The position numbers and the translations under genes were made by a program. Positions 23,991 to 37,900 of a stretch of 64,000 nucleotides of DNA are shown here, in pieces. The stretch spans positions 30,320,001-30,384,000 of the forward strand of contig NC_086108.1 in NCBI RefSeq assembly GCF_963921235.1. The letters are read 5' to 3'. Below the pieces are notes generated by a model. It saw only the letters and a list, made by a program, of their open reading frames with translations, was not told the DNA's origin and ran no database searches. Source of the stretch: Mobula hypostoma (taxonomy: Eukaryota). How positions within the stretch are numbered: position 1 is the first letter of the stretch; each line of letters begins with the position of its first letter.

Positions 23991-25961
23991 TGTCGGTGAT
24001 ATTAAATCTGATTCTGAAAAGTGTGTGGGTGATAATAATCATGAAAAGTAAAAGGGCTACATTGGAAAGATTGACACATTTGAGTATACAGCATGTGACT
24101 GGATATTGTTTATGGAATGAATTGAGCAATATTTTAAACCAAATGATCTAGCCAATGAGAAGCAAGTGCCAAATTTGATGACTGCATTGGATTGAAAAGC
24201 ATGTAGTTTGCAGAACATTTTTGGTTTCATAAGTGAAAACAAAAGGGGGTGATCTGTTTCAGCATATATGGCTGACTTAAAGAGACTGAGCATTGTCAGT
24301 TCAATGATGGGCTTAATGATGCCCTGAGAGATCATACAGTTTATGGAATCTTATAAGAAAGCATTCAAAAACAACTTGTAAATGAAGCACAACTTACATT
24401 TGAAGGAACAGTTGAAATAGCTGTATCAATGGAGACAGCAGATGGAGACATAACTGAGTTGCAGTCAGGAATGAAAATGAGTGTGAACAAAATTGCAATG
24501 TCTAAGCAGAAGCCAGACTGGCCAAACTAGTTATGCTACCGTTCTGCTAAGGGCTCACATACACCAGACCATCCAGGTTTAAAGGCGAAACTTGCAGAAA
24601 ATGCAATAAAGTAGGATGCATACAAAGAGCATGTTGGGCAGACAAATATAAATGGAGTGCTTAGGGAGGAAGAAAAGGTCAGAAGTTAAGTTGCAGTTTC
24701 AAAAAGAGCACTAATCTGCATGCTGTTAATGAAAAATCTGATAATGGTGAGAGTGACACGGTACCGCGTAGCCTTGAGATTTACAATTTGAAAATTAACA
24801 ATAGACAAGCAATATAGCTTAAATCATGCATTGCGGGTTATATGTAAAAGTACATAATTGGTATACATCATCATGTCACTATGTGATATGTACACACTTC
24901 ACTTAAAGTAAAAAATGAAGTTAGACTCACATTCCTGGCTCTCTTGTTTTCCTTTCAACTAGTTTTTATGTTTTGGAGTTGCACAATATAACAGATGTAT
25001 CCCCCAGAAAATCATTTAGTCTTCTCCAACCATAAGCCCTGCATGAACCAAGAATTCCCATATCTGCTCAGGGCTTGATCAGTGGCTTTCAAGGAGAGGA
25101 ACCATCCTGTCAGCACTTAACCTGTCCAGTCCCCTTGGAATCATACGTGCTTCAATAAGACTAACTGTTATGTTTCTAAGCAATGAGTTGTGTGGCAGTC
25201 TGCTTACACTTTCCTCGAGACAATTTACCTTATTGGGCCCATTCCAGTGAAGCTTCTATGAACTGCATCCAGTGAAATAGCATGTTTCCTTTTAGGAGAG
25301 AGACTGAAATTATTCAGTGTTCCAGGTATCAGTGCTGGGTCCATTGTTATTTGTCATCTATATCAATGATCTGTATGATAATGTGGAAAACTGGATCAGC
25401 AAATTTGCTGATGATACAAAGATTGGAGGTGTAGTGAACAGTGAGGAAGGTTTTCAAAGCTTGCAGAGGGATTTGGACCAGCTGGAAAAATGGGCTGAAA
25501 AATGGCGGATGGAGTTTAATACAGACAAGTGTGAGGTATTACACTTTGGAAGGACAAACCAAGGTAGAACATACAAGGTAAATGGTAGGGTGCTGAGGAG
25601 TTCAGTAGAACAGAGGGATCTGGAAATACAGATACAAAATTCCCTAAAAGTGGCGTCACAGGTAGATAAGGTCGTAAAGAGAGCTTTTGGTACATTGGCC
25701 TTTATTAATCATAGTATTGAGTATAAGAGTTGTAATGTTATGGTGAGGCTGTTTAAGTCATTGGTGAGGCTGAATCTGGAGTATTGTGTTCAGCTTTGGT
25801 CACCAAATTGCAGGAAGGATATTAATAAGGTTGAGAGAGTGCAGAGGAAGTTTACAAGGATGTTGCCGGGACTTGCGAAACTGAGTTGCAGGGAAAGGTT
25901 GAATAGGTTAGGACTTTATTCCCTGGAGTGTAGAAGAATGAGTGGAGATTTGATAGAGGTG

Positions 25962-27307
25962 CGATGTCCCCCGCTTTTCGGACGTTCGCTTTACGAAACC
26001 TCACTGTTACGAAAGACCTACATTAGTTCCCTGTTTTTGCTAACAGAAGGTGTTTTCACTGTTACGAAAAAAGTAGCGCGCGGAAAAAAATCAGCACGTG
26101 TCCCAAGCAGCCGCTCTCCCCCGGATTCGGAACGGAATTCTCGCCGGCATTACTTAAACACGTGCCTGTGAGCAGCTGTTAGCAAGATGAGTTCTAAGGT
26201 ATCGGAAAAGCCTAAAAGAGTTCGTAAGGGTGTTACACTTAGCGTAAAACTAGACATAATTAAGCGTTTCGATCGTGGTGAACGAAGTAAGGACGAAGTG
26301 AGTTTGGCTTGTGGAAGTTGACGAAGATGATGTTGAAGAGGTTTTGGCATCCCATGACCAAGAACTGATAGATGAAGAGCTGATGCAGTTGGAAGAGGAA
26401 AGGATAACAATCAAAACCTCAGTGTCCCACCACCCCAAACCCCGGGCCATGGACAGATACCAATTTGTGGAGATTGCAGCGGTAGCCAGGAGGCACCCAA
26501 CATGTCTTTAAGAAAAAAGCCGAAATAAACAAGCTAATTAATTAGGTGCCGCCCGGCACGTAAATGTCGGCCCAGATCAGAAGCGATTGCGGATTTCACT
26601 TGCTCTATGTAATCAGCAAATGCTTCTGATCTGGGCCGACATTTACGTGCTGAGCGACACCTCATTAATTAGCTTGTTTATTTCGGCTTTTTTCTTAAAG
26701 ATGTGCTGGGTGCGTTCCAGCCACCACTGGACTCCTGCACGCTTCGCGGATCGGTATTGGTTCACTGCACGGAGGTTGGGGGCCACTGCACCACCCCAAC
26801 CTGCGACGGCTCAGCCTAACACACCATCATCAGTGCGCTCGACACTGTCCCAATTCCGGTAAGTGATACTACACTGTACATACATTATTTCTACTTTATA
26901 TAGACTGTGTATCTTTTTGTGTTATTTGGTATGATTTGGCAGCTTCATAGCTTAAAGGTTACTGGAGAGCGCTTGCGTGAGATTTTCTGCCGACGGCGCT
27001 TGCGCCGTTTTTCTGCCAAGAGCGCTTGCATGAGATTTTCGCTACGGAGAACAGTGCAGGCAATTGTTGTATTTCTAATTTATATAGGCTGTGTATTTAT
27101 CATATCATTCCTGCTTTTATTATATGTTACTGTTATTTTAGGTTTTATGTGTTATTTGGCATGATTTGGTAGGTTATTTTTGGGTCTGCGAACGCTTACA
27201 AAATTTTCCTATATAAATAAATGGTAATTGCTTCTTCGCTTTATGACATTCCGGCTTACGAACCGTTTCATAGGAAAGCTCTACCTTTGGATGGCGGGGG
27301 AAACCTG
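25962..27307 (+). mobile_element. Tigger/pogo non-autonomous element (internally deleted transposase)
   Basis: Right end GGCGGGGGAAACCTG|TA; decayed left TIR GTCCCCCGC; N-terminal MSSKVSEKPKRVRKGVTLSVKLDIIKRFDRGE joined to C-terminal DVEEVLASHDQELIDEELMQLE. Confidence 0.8.
26420..26788. mobile_element. Palindromic hAT-type MITE (copy 1) inside the Tigger element
   Basis: Ends CAGTGTCCC.../GGTTGGGGGCCACTG; inverted arms of more than 100 bp centred near 26605; homologous to 28768-29081; no TSD visible. Confidence 0.75.
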
Positions 27308-28767
27308 TATATAAAATTATGATGGGTACAAATAGAGTGAATGCAAGCAGGCTTTTTCCACTGAGGATAGGGGAGAAAAAAAAGAGGACATGGGTTAAGG
27401 GTGAAGGGGGAAAAGTTTAAAGGGAACATGGTGGGGTGCTTCTTCACACAGAGAGTGGTGGGAGTGTGGAATGAGCTGCCAGATGAAGTGGTAAATCCGG
27501 GCTCACTTTTAACATTTAAGAAAAACTTGGCTGTACATGGATGAGAGGTGTATGGAGGGATATGGTCCAGGCACAGGTCAGTGGGACTAGGCAGAAAAAT
27601 AGTTTGACACAGCCAAGAAGGGCGAAAAGGCCTGTTTCTGTGCTGTAGCGTTCTATGGTTCTATGATACAATCTCATTCATGTTCTTGTAAATTGCAATA
27701 AAATTTTCCTACCTTACTCCGACTGCCTCTCTTTTCCTGTTTAATTACACAAAGGAGCATTTATTGCCCAGTTTTGTATTCCTTGCAAAATTTCCATCAT
27801 TATATGCTTTTTCTCACTATGTTATTATTTTTAGTCTTCCTTTTCTGGTTTCTGAATTTTTCCCATTATTCAGATCAGTTGGAATTATTTTCCTCCTTAT
27901 ATATGTTCTATTTTGATGTAATTCCTTGCTTAACTTTAGTTTGCCACTGTTGGTTCCACCCCTTAGAATCATTTTTTCCTTATTGGATACATTTTTGCTC
28001 AGTATAATGAATTACTTAAATGACTGCCACTGCTTGCCAACTTTCCTTCCTGCTATTCTATTGGCACATTCTAAGCAAACTCTATCAAACTCTATCTCAT
28101 TCCATTGTATTTCCCTTTTTAAGTGATTTACTGTTGTTTCTGATCCAACCTCCTCCTTATTCATGGAGCACTACAGCACAGTAATAATACCCTTCGGCCC
28201 ATCTAGTCTATGATGAATTGCAATACTGTCTAGTCCCATCAACTTGCACCTGGACCAGAGCCATACATAACTTTCCCATCCATGTACTTATTCAAATTTC
28301 TCTTAAATGTTGAAATTGAACCCATATCCACCACTTCCAGTGGCAGCTCTTTCCACACACTCTCCACCCTCTGAGTGAAGAAGTTCCCCTTAAATATTTC
28401 ACCTTTATCCCATAACCTAATAACTCTAGTACTGTTCCTACCCAACCTCAGTGGTGAAAACAACCTGCTTGTGTTTATCCTACCCACATCACTCATAATT
28501 TTGTATACTTCTATCAAATCTCCCCTCATTCTGCTACGTCAGGGGTCCCCAACCTTTTTTGCACTGCGGACCGGTTTAATATGGACAATATTCTTGCGGA
28601 CCCGGGGTGGGGTGTTAATTACGACCGGAATATAGGTGATAAGTCAACTATAAGTCACTTATAAGTAGCTAATACACTCAATTTCGTTTTTAAAGGGGTT
28701 TATCTAACGAATTTAAACACACAGCGCATATTTTCCTTACATGAGTATAGTGGTAAGTCAATTATAA

Positions 28768-29081
28768 CAGTCGTTCGAAACTTCTGGTCTGCGAAGAATG
28801 CAGCGGTACAGCGGTGGCCGGAACGCACCCAGCACACCTTTAAGGAAAAAGCCAAAATAAACAAGCTAATTGATTAGGTGCCGTCTGGCACGTAAATGTC
28901 GGCCCAGATCAGAGGTGATTACCGATTGCGTCGCCTCTGATCTGGGCCGACATTTACATGCCGGGCGGCACCTAATCAATTAGTTTGTTTATTTCGGCTT
29001 TTTTCATAAAGGTGTGCTGCGTGCGTTCTGGCTACCGCTGTACCGCTGCATTCTTCGCGGCCCAGAGGTTGGGGACCACTG
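28768..29081. mobile_element. Palindromic hAT-type MITE (copy 2), 314 bp
   Basis: Near-perfect fold-back 28791-29058; right TIR GGTTGGGGACCACTG; 8-bp TSD AATTATAA (28760-28767) / AATTTTAA (29082-29089). Confidence 0.85.
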
Positions 29082-29187
29082 AATTTTAAGTCACCTATAA
29101 GTCAATAGCATCATAACATTTTAAGTAAAGTTTTTGATAGTAAACACACAGCGCATGTTTCCCTGGTATGAACATATAAAATCATTG

Positions 29188-32100
29188 TGTGACGACAAAC
29201 CAAGTTATCAGAAGATTGATGCTGATGAGAGAGATAAGGGAGACAATGGAGAAACATTCAAAATGCTAATAAGAGAGAAGAGAGAGATTAACAAGAAAGA
29301 AACACATTTCAGAATATTGACAGACCGGTTGCTTTGAACCTGAACTGTTTGAAGTTTGATGGACAGGCGATACCCCAGCAGGGGGATAAAAAGAACAGGT
29401 TCGCTAAGGCACGACACACACCACGAGATCACGAGATAACGAGACCCTGGAAGAGCAGTGTGCCCCCACAAGTTGTTGGGAGTTGGAGGTCTGGATCAAG
29501 GGAACCGACCATAGACTGACAGGGTGAAAAGGGACGATCGGCGGGAACCTGGTGTGTGTGTCCGCCCTTGCCTGGGTGCCGGGTTCACCGCGGAAGAATG
29601 GTCGTATCCGGAACGGAGGGGTCACAGTCAGTGACCACAGAAGACATAAAAGGGTTTGCCCGAAAGCTAACTGCGAAGAACATCAAAGGTCTGTTTGAAT
29701 CAAAATTTGCATTCTCTCTCTCTCCAACGGCACAACAGCGACTACTGCGAACTGTACAAAGCTGAACTGAACTCTGCATCACTTAAGACTGATCATTTTA
29801 CCCCTAGACTGCGATAGAGCTTGGTTGATTCCTGTTACCCTTGTTCTGTGTACACGTGTGTATTATCATTGCTAACCTGTTGCATTTACATCTTTACGAT
29901 TAGAGTACTGTGTTACTTATTTCTTTAATAAAACTTTATTAGTTTCTGTTAAACCAGACTCCAACTAAGTGGTCCATTTCTGCTGGTTTGGCAACCAAGT
30001 TACGGGGAACGTAACATAAGTGGGGATCTCGTCTGCGATTTTGAACACCAAATTTGGGACTGGGTAAATTGATAGGGTTAAAATTCCCGTAAGAAAGAAA
30101 GAGCAAACAGCAGAAATGGAGATTGAGGAATTTCTAAAGGCACCAACCTTGGCGGCATTAGAGGATGCCAGGAAATCAGAGTTGGCAACTGTTGCCAAAC
30201 GGTTGAATCTTTTTAAGGGGAAGTCGACAATGAGGAGAGCGAGATGCACAGAGCTATCATAGAGCATTATGTATCTAAAGGTGTGTTTCCCCAAGGGGAG
30301 CTGGAGGCGGTATCTATGGGCAAACCTGGTGGAGAAGCAGTATAGCTGCAGATTGAAAAATTGAGACTCGAGCACGAGTTCCAGGTAAAACAGCTGGAAC
30401 AAGAAGAGAGGAACATGCAGTTAGAGCGACAAGAGAGAGAGAAACAGAGGGAAAGGGAATTTGAGCTGGAGAAGTTAAGGATGATGCTAGCGCAGGGGCC
30501 CATGCCGAACCAAGGTGGAGGGTTCAGGGCGACCCAGGAGGTTAGGCTGGTTCCCCCATTTGAGGAGGCCGACGTTGATCGGTACTTTCTCCATTTTGGA
30601 AAGGTCGCTGCAAGTCAGGACTGGCCGAGGGATAAGCGGGCTGTTTTGCTTCAGAGCGTACTTAAAGGAAAAGCTCAACAAACTTACTCTGCATTGTCCG
30701 CAGAAGATGCCCAGAGGTATGATGTGGTGAAAGAGGCGATACTCAGGATTTATGATTTGGTCCCGGAGACATGCCAGCAGAAGTTCCGGAATGCGAGGAA
30801 GCAGTGGGGCCGCACGTATTTAGAGTTTGCCCGTGAGATGCAGATGTATTGTGTGCGTTGGTGCGCCTCGAAAGGGGTCAATGGGGATTATGACAGACTG
30901 CTACAGCTAATACTGATTGAGCAGTTTAAAGGTTGTGTCCCTGAAGGTATAAGGCCCTATCTAGATGAGAAAGAGGCAGAAACCTTAGCCGCAACTGATA
31001 AATTAGCGGATGAATACGCGTTGACACACAAAGCCAAGTTTACCCCGAGTAAAAGCTACCAGAAGGGTAGTCAAGAGGGCGGAGAGAGTCCGCCAGAAAA
31101 GTCAGAAAGTAAGCCGGGGACTAGTGAGAAGGATAAGGAAGACCGGGAGCAGTTTGGTAGGAAGTCTCCTGGGGTCGTATGCTATAATTGTGGGAAAGCC
31201 GGTCACTTTGCGTCCAGGTGCTTTGCCCCAAAGAAGGAGACTGGGAAAGGAAAAACAACGGTTCCGACTGGCTGTATTGAGCTGGCAAACAAACCGTTAG
31301 GGGAGGAGATGTCTGATAAAGTTCAGGAAGGGCACGAGAAGTTTATCTCGGCCGGATTGGTGTCGGTAAAGGAGGGGTTAAACCCGGCTCCAGTATGGAT
31401 CTGGAGAGACACTGGAGCTTGTCAGTCCTTGATCTTAAAGAGTGTGTTAGACTTTAGTTCAGAGACCCAGACTGGGGAGGTCAGGGTGATAAAAGGCATT
31501 GGGAAAGGGACTGAAGCAGTACCTTTGCACCAGATACACCTAAAAAGCGACTTGGTCTCCGGACCGGTCACGATAGGGGTGAGGCCCGAATTACCGATGG
31601 AAGATGTGGAGGTCTTACTTGGTAATGACCTCGCCGGTGGAAATGTGTACTCAGCAGTAAAACTGACAGGCCAGCCTGCCAGCATTGAGGCCCCGCCCAT
31701 GGACTTAGAGGTTTATCCCGTTTGCGCAGTGACTCGGCGCATGTCCCAGAAGGCTGCCGAAGCGAATGTAGATTTAGCTGAGACGTTTTTACCAGTCTTG
31801 TACCAGGAGGGGTTAGAAAGTGAAAAGAAGGAGCATAGTAAAACGGAAGGAAGTAAGGGAGTTGAGTTAGACTTATAATTAGCAAGGAAGGAATTTATAC
31901 AGGCACAGGAGCGAGACGAGGAGCTGATGGTTTTGGCGGAGACAGCTCTCTCTGAAGCAGAATTAAAAAGGGAGCCAGTGGGCTATTATGTGAAGGAGGG
32001 AGTACTAATGGGGAAATGGAGACCACGTACCGTGCCCGCAGATGAGGAATGTGGGGGTGATAGTGCCAAAAATTTATGGGGATGAGATTTTTAACCTGGC

Positions 32101-34084
32101 CCACAAGATACCCCTCGGTGGACATTTTGGGGTGAGGAAAACAGTCGATAGAATCATGAAAGAGTTTTACTGGCCGCACAGGAGGAAGGATGCTATTGAC
32201 TATTGTAGACGTGAGCTAACACAGTTACAGACTCTTGATATGCTAACAGCTTGCCACGATAAGAGAGCAGACCTAGTTGGTGTTATCACGAAAATGAATG
32301 AGGCTAGGATGCCACCTGATAAGGGGAAAACCCATTTTGAAAGGATAAGTATGGTGCCGACCAGATGGGAGAACTCTATTGTTTTGGCCAACTTTGCTGA
32401 TGTGTTCTCTCACTTAACCCCCGAACAGAGCGAGCCGCTGATAAAGCTAAATTAACCGGCACGCACACGTATGTCCGGATGTCTCGAGGTGATGCAAAGA
32501 GCCGGTACATGGTGTTGTTGTCACATCAGGTCAGCCTAGTAAGCAACATCCCTATAGGATGATTAATTCAGTGACAAAAGGGCTAAGGAACGCAGAAGCA
32601 TATATTGACGATTTAGTGGTCTGGAGTGACACGTGGGAGGAGCACATTGTGGCAGTAGAAGAACTGTTTAAAAAGCTGGCTGAGCCAGCGTGACAGTGAA
32701 CCTCGCAAAAAGTGAATTCGGCCCCGTGAAGGTCACTTATATGAGATTTGTGGTAGGGCAGGGGCAGCTAGCTCTGATGCAGGCTAAGGTGCGGGCTATC
32801 TCTGAAGTCCCCACCCGGACAGAAAAGAGAGCCCTGAGAAGGTTCTTGGGGATGGTGGGGTACTATCGGAAGTTTTGCAAAAACTTTGTGGATATACCCT
32901 CCCTCTTACTAAGCTCTTGCCAAAGAATGCTAAGTTTGTGTGGGACGACCCTTGTTATATTCGTCCGGGACGGAAACCACTGAGAATTTACACTGATCAC
33001 AACTCATTAGTGTTTTTGGCCACTATGAAGGATAAAAACAAAAGGTTGCTAAGTTGGAGCCTGGTCTTAGAGGATATTAAAATAACACATATAAAAGGAA
33101 CGGAAAATGTAATTGCTGACTGTCTGTCAAGGTGTTGACTACTTAAAGTTCTCTGTATTAGCCGAATAGCTGATGACCCTTTATATTAGTGTGTATCTAA
33201 TAATGTATTCATGCTCATAACTTTTACCCTGGTAAAAATCCATTGAAGGATAGGGGTGTGACGACAAACCAAGTTATCAGAAGATTGATGCTGATGAGAG
33301 AAATAAGGGAGACAATGGAGAAACATTCAAAATGCTAATAAGAGAGAAGAGAGAGATTAACGAGAGAGTGACACATTTCAGAATATTGACAGACCGGTTG
33401 CTTTGAACCTGAACTGTTTGAAGTTGATGGACAGGTGATATCCCAGCAGGGCGATAAAAAGAACAGGTTCGCTAAGGCACGACACACACCACGAGATCAC
33501 GAGATAACGAGACCCTGGAAGAGCAGTGTGCCCCCACAAGTTGTTGGGAGTTGGAGGTTTGGATCAAGGGAACCGACCATAGACTGACAGGGTGAAAAGG
33601 GACGATCGGCGGGAACCTGGTGTGTGTGTCCGCCCTTGCCTGGGTGCCGGGTTCACCGCGGAAGAATGGTCATATCCGGAACGGAGGGATCACAGTCGGT
33701 GACCACAGAAGACATAAAAGGGTTTGCCCGAAAGCTAACTGCGAAGAACATCAAAGGTCTGTTTGAATCAAAATTTGCATTCTCTCTCTCTCCAACGGCA
33801 CAACAGCGACTACTGCGAACTGTACTAAGCTGAACTGAACTCTGCATCACTTAAGACTGATCATTTTACCCCTAGACTGCGATAGAGCTTGGTTGATTCC
33901 TGTTACCCTCGTTCTGTGTACACGTGTGTATTATCATTGCTAACCTGTTGCATTTACATCCTTACGATTAGAGTACTGTGTTACTTATTTCTTTAATAAA
34001 ACTTTATTAGTTTCTGTTAAACCAGACTCCAACTAAGTGGTCCATTTCTGCTGGTTTGGCAACCCAGTTACGGAGTACGTAACA
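29188..34084 (+). mobile_element. Gmr1-clade Gypsy LTR retrotransposon with SCAN-like gag; pol internally deleted
   Basis: LTRs 29188-30016 and 33257-34084 (TGT...ACA); TSD ATTG at 29184-29187 and 34085-34088; PBS TGGGGATCTCGTC at 30021; PPT 33245-33256; ORF 30361-31878 with SCAN-like capsid, CYNCGKAGHFASRC and protease RDTGA; then integrase Zn finger (AHKIPLGGHFG), RT YIDD, RNase H YTDH. Confidence 0.93.
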
Positions 34085-34919
34085 ATTGCAACACACCAAT
34101 ATTGCTGAATCAATGGGAGCCCTGGGCTTGTTTTCCTGCAACACGACAGTCCCATCGAGGGGTGATGGGAAACAGCAATACTTGAAGGGGGTTCCTTATG
34201 CCCAGGCTATTCTGCAATTTAGTTTTCGTTGCATTCATTGCAGAAAACTCTGCTTCACAGCGATATGATGTTGGAAATGGAAGCAACATTTTCAGTGCTT
34301 TTGTGGCTTTCTCAGGATATTCAGCCTTGACTTTGAGCCAGAATGCCGGCAGAGATGTTATGTCAAACATACTTTTCAGCCTACCATCATCTGCAAGCTG
34401 GAGGTGTTGATCTTTTTCCCGCGTTGACATGGATGATTCACCGGGGACATTCACAAATGGGTCACGGACCCATTCCTTTGCACGTCTTGGGTCACTGATG
34501 ACTTCGCGTGCGTTAAAGTTCAACAGTGGGCATGACAGGGAATGAGGAAAGGTGCAGCTAACTAATATCATTTCATATCGCCAAATCATATCATTTCCTC
34601 GCGGCCCGGTACCTGGGGACCACTGTCCTATGCTGTCAGAGAATAATGTCTTTACTTACTCAGCTTTTCCCTATAACTCAGATACTTGTCCCAGCTGGGT
34701 CAGGACCCGTTGCAAGCATTGATAGCTGCTTGCACTGTGCACTACGCCCCAGTCTTAGTGCCATCTGCAAACTTGCCGATCCAGTCTACCATGCTGAAAT
34801 AGATGACAAACAACAATGGACCCAGCACCGATAGTGGCCACACCACTAGTAACAGGCATGTAGTCAGAATAGGAACTATCTATTACCATTCTCTGGCTTC
34901 TCCCACGAAGCCAATAGCT

Positions 34920-37900
34920 TTTCAGTTTCTATGGAAGAAAGTACAATCGGCGATTTGGGCTGAAACCCCTTGGCAGGACCGGAGAAAAATGGTGGGGGAG
35001 GGGAGAGAGAAAAATGCCAGGTTAGTGGTAAACTTGGAGGGGGAGGGATGAAACAAAGAGCTAGGAAGTCGATTGGTGAAAGAGACAAAAGGCCATGGAA
35101 GAAAGAAAAATAGAGGGGGGAAAGAAGAGCACCAGAGGGAGGTGATGGGCAGGCAAGGAAGTAACATGAGAGAGGGTGGGGGTGGGGTTGGCATTTCTAG
35201 AAGCTTGAGAAATCGATGTTCATGCCATCAGGTTGGAGGTTACTGAAACGGAATATAAGGTGTTGTTCCTCCAACCTAAATGTGGCCTCATCCCAACAGT
35301 GGAGGAGGCCCTAGATGGACATCCTAGAATGAGAATAGGAAGTGGAATTAAAATGGGTGGCCACTGGGAGATCCTGCTTGTTCTGGCAAACGGAGCGTAG
35401 ATGCTCGGCGAAGCGGTCTCCCAATCTATATCGGGTCTCACGGATATACAAGAGGCCACATTGGGAGCACTGAACACCGTATATGACCTCGACAGACTCA
35501 TAGGTGAAGTGTTGCCTCACCTGGAAGGACTGTTTGGGGCCCCAAGTGGTAGTGAGGGAGGAGGTGTAGGGGCATGTGTAACACTTGTTTTGTTTGCAAG
35601 GATGAGTGCCAGGAGGGACAAATGGACAAGGGAGTCACGTAGGGTCCAACCCCTTCGGAAAGCAGAGAGTGGTGGGGGGGTGTGCGAACAAATGTTTTTG
35701 GTGGTGTGATCCAGTTGGAGGTGGTGGGATCCAGTTGGAGGTGGTGGAAGTTTTGGAGAATTATGTGCTGGATGCAGAGGCTGGTGGGGTGGTAGGTGAG
35801 GACAAGAGGAACCCTATCCCTGGTAGCATAGCAGGAGGATGGGGTAAGAGCAGACGTGCGTGAAATGGAAGCGATGCGGTTGAGGGCAAAGTTGATGATG
35901 GAGGAAGGGAAGCTTCTTTCTTTGATAAAGGAGGACATCTCCTTCATTCTAGAATGAAACTCCTCATCCTGAGAGCAGGTGTGGTGGGGTCAGAGGAATT
36001 GAGATAAGGGGATGGTGTTTTTACAAGTAGCAGGGTGGGACAAGGTATAGTCTAGGTAGCTGTGAGAGTCCGTTGGTTTATAACAGACCGGTGGATAAGC
36101 TGTCTCCGCAGATAGAGACAGTGAGATTGAGAAAGAGAAGGGACGTGTCGGAAATGGACCAGGTGAATTTGAGGGCACGGTGGAAGTTGGAGGCAAAGTG
36201 GATGAAATCGATGAGTTCAGCACGGGTGCAGGAAGCAGCATCAACGCAGTCGTCGATGTAGCATAGGAAAAGTGTGGGACATCACCAGTGTAGGCTTAGA
36301 ACATAATTTCTCCTTTGGGTCCTCCCACTTCCTTTAAGCAAAGGTTTTAGATTTCTCACGCAGAAAGAAAATAGATATTGCGCTGTTACAGGAAACACAT
36401 CTTAAACCTAATGACATTCCCAGGGTTCAAAACCGTTTTTATAAACCCGTTGTAGCATCAGCTGATGGTACTCGTACGAAAGGAGTTATGATATTATTTG
36501 AGACATAATATTTATCAGTTGAAAGGACTGGCGCCAACATTAAAGGACACCTAGCTTTTTGCTGCACATCCATTCAGGGTAAAAAAAGTTGCATTCATTA
36601 GTCTATATGCCCCAACTATATTCGAGGTTGAATTTTTTCCCTCAATTACCTCACAACTACTGAAGTTGAGTGACTACCAGCTATATGTTGGTTTGGACAT
36701 GAATGCTTTGGTAAACATTAACCTTGATAAATCTTCCTCAACTATATGAAGCTCTCAACAATCTGCTTCCAAAGCACTTAACCTTTTTCTAACGGATTTA
36801 AATTTAACTGATGTGTGGAGGGTGCATAATCCATCGACTAAAGACTATACCTTCTAGACAAGACGTAAAACATTTTCTCGGATAGATTACATTCTTATAT
36901 CCTCCAGTCTGCTGCCTTTGGTACACGCAATAGAATTTTTGCCCAGACATCTATCTGATCACAACCCAGTCAAATTTACTTTTAATTATGGCAAAATTAA
37001 AAATAAGGCTACTAGGTGGAGGTTTAACTCCACTCTTCTAAAAAAAAAGACGAATTTCTATCTCAACTGAAAACAAAAGTGGCAGAATTTATGGATTTAA
37101 ATAAAAACAGTGTCTCAGATGTGACAGTGATTTGGGCCTCCATCAAGGGTTTCTTATGAAATAACGCCATATGGTTCAGTTCCCATTTACATAAAAGCCG
37201 CCTTCAAAAGATTTTCACCTTAGAAGAACAATGTAAGGTTTTGGAGAATGATCTCAAAAGGAGATACACCATAACGAAAGAAAACAAGCTCAAAACAAAA
37301 CAAGCAGAATTAAATGATTTATTAAGAAGCAGGGCAGAATATATGGTCCATATAACCAAACATAAGTATTATGCAGAAGGTAGCAGACCGAGCCATCTTT
37401 TGGCACTAACGCTCAAACAACAGGAAGCTAAAAGGTCTATACCAGCGATTAGATGTGCTAAAAGTGGAATAGTATCTTCAACAGAGGAAATAAACGAAAC
37501 ATTCAAGAATTACTGTAAAGAACTGTATACAAGTGGCTCAGTTCCTTCTGAGAATGACTCCACAGATTTTTTTAGTGGATTAGACCTCCCTACGTTGTCA
37601 TTAGAGGACACCAAAACTCTAGACTCTCCTATTACACTGGATGAGCTACTTAAAGCAGTCAAAGCTACAAATAAGGGCCGTACGCCAGGTATAGATGGCA
37701 TACCTGTGGAACTTTACCTAGCACTTTGGGATATTCTTGGACCAGTATGGTTAGAAACATTAAATTATGCTTTTGGAAATGGCGCTTTCTATAGAGATCT
37801 AAACACAGCCCTGATCAGTTATACCTAAGCCCAGTAAGGACCCCTTGGAGTATGCCAATTACCATCCAATCTCCTTGATAAATGCCGACCACAAGATATT

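Larger units (their letters stand above)
21620..24993 (+). mobile_element. Degraded Gypsy LTR element (probably Mag-like) carrying several later insertions
   Basis: Direct repeats about 22300-22471 and 24825-24993; PBS-like TGGCGACAAGG at about 22473; gag remnant at 24040-24810 (LTFEGTVEIAVSMETA, decayed CCHC). Confidence 0.6.
25317..27665 (+). mobile_element. CR1 LINE, 5'-truncated, split by a Tigger element
   Basis: [19 protein letters not shown] breaks at 25960 and resumes as YKIMMG at about 27310; TTCTATGG tail. Confidence 0.9.
28540..34625 (-). mobile_element. hAT (Charlie/Buster-like) non-autonomous DNA transposon
   Basis: Termini CAGGGGTCCCCA.../TGGGGACCACTG; decayed 8-bp TSD TGCTACGT/TCCTATGC; dimerisation-domain remnant in ORF 34110-34589 (FW..VKAEYP..ATKALKMLLPFPTSY.CEA.FS...KTK...KQAQGSH). 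Confidence 0.85.

Noticed and set aside
25317..26171. 284-aa ORF with an RT domain and a novel C-terminus
   Set aside because: Chance read-through from CR1 RT into an inserted Tigger element
30361..31878. Possible domesticated SCAN/gag host gene
   Set aside because: Flanked by near-identical LTRs, PBS, PPT and TSD, and its N-terminus is broken by a stop and a frameshift; it is a retrotransposon ORF
34110..34589. ZBED/SCAND3-like host gene
   Set aside because: Only a C-terminal transposase remnant inside hAT termini
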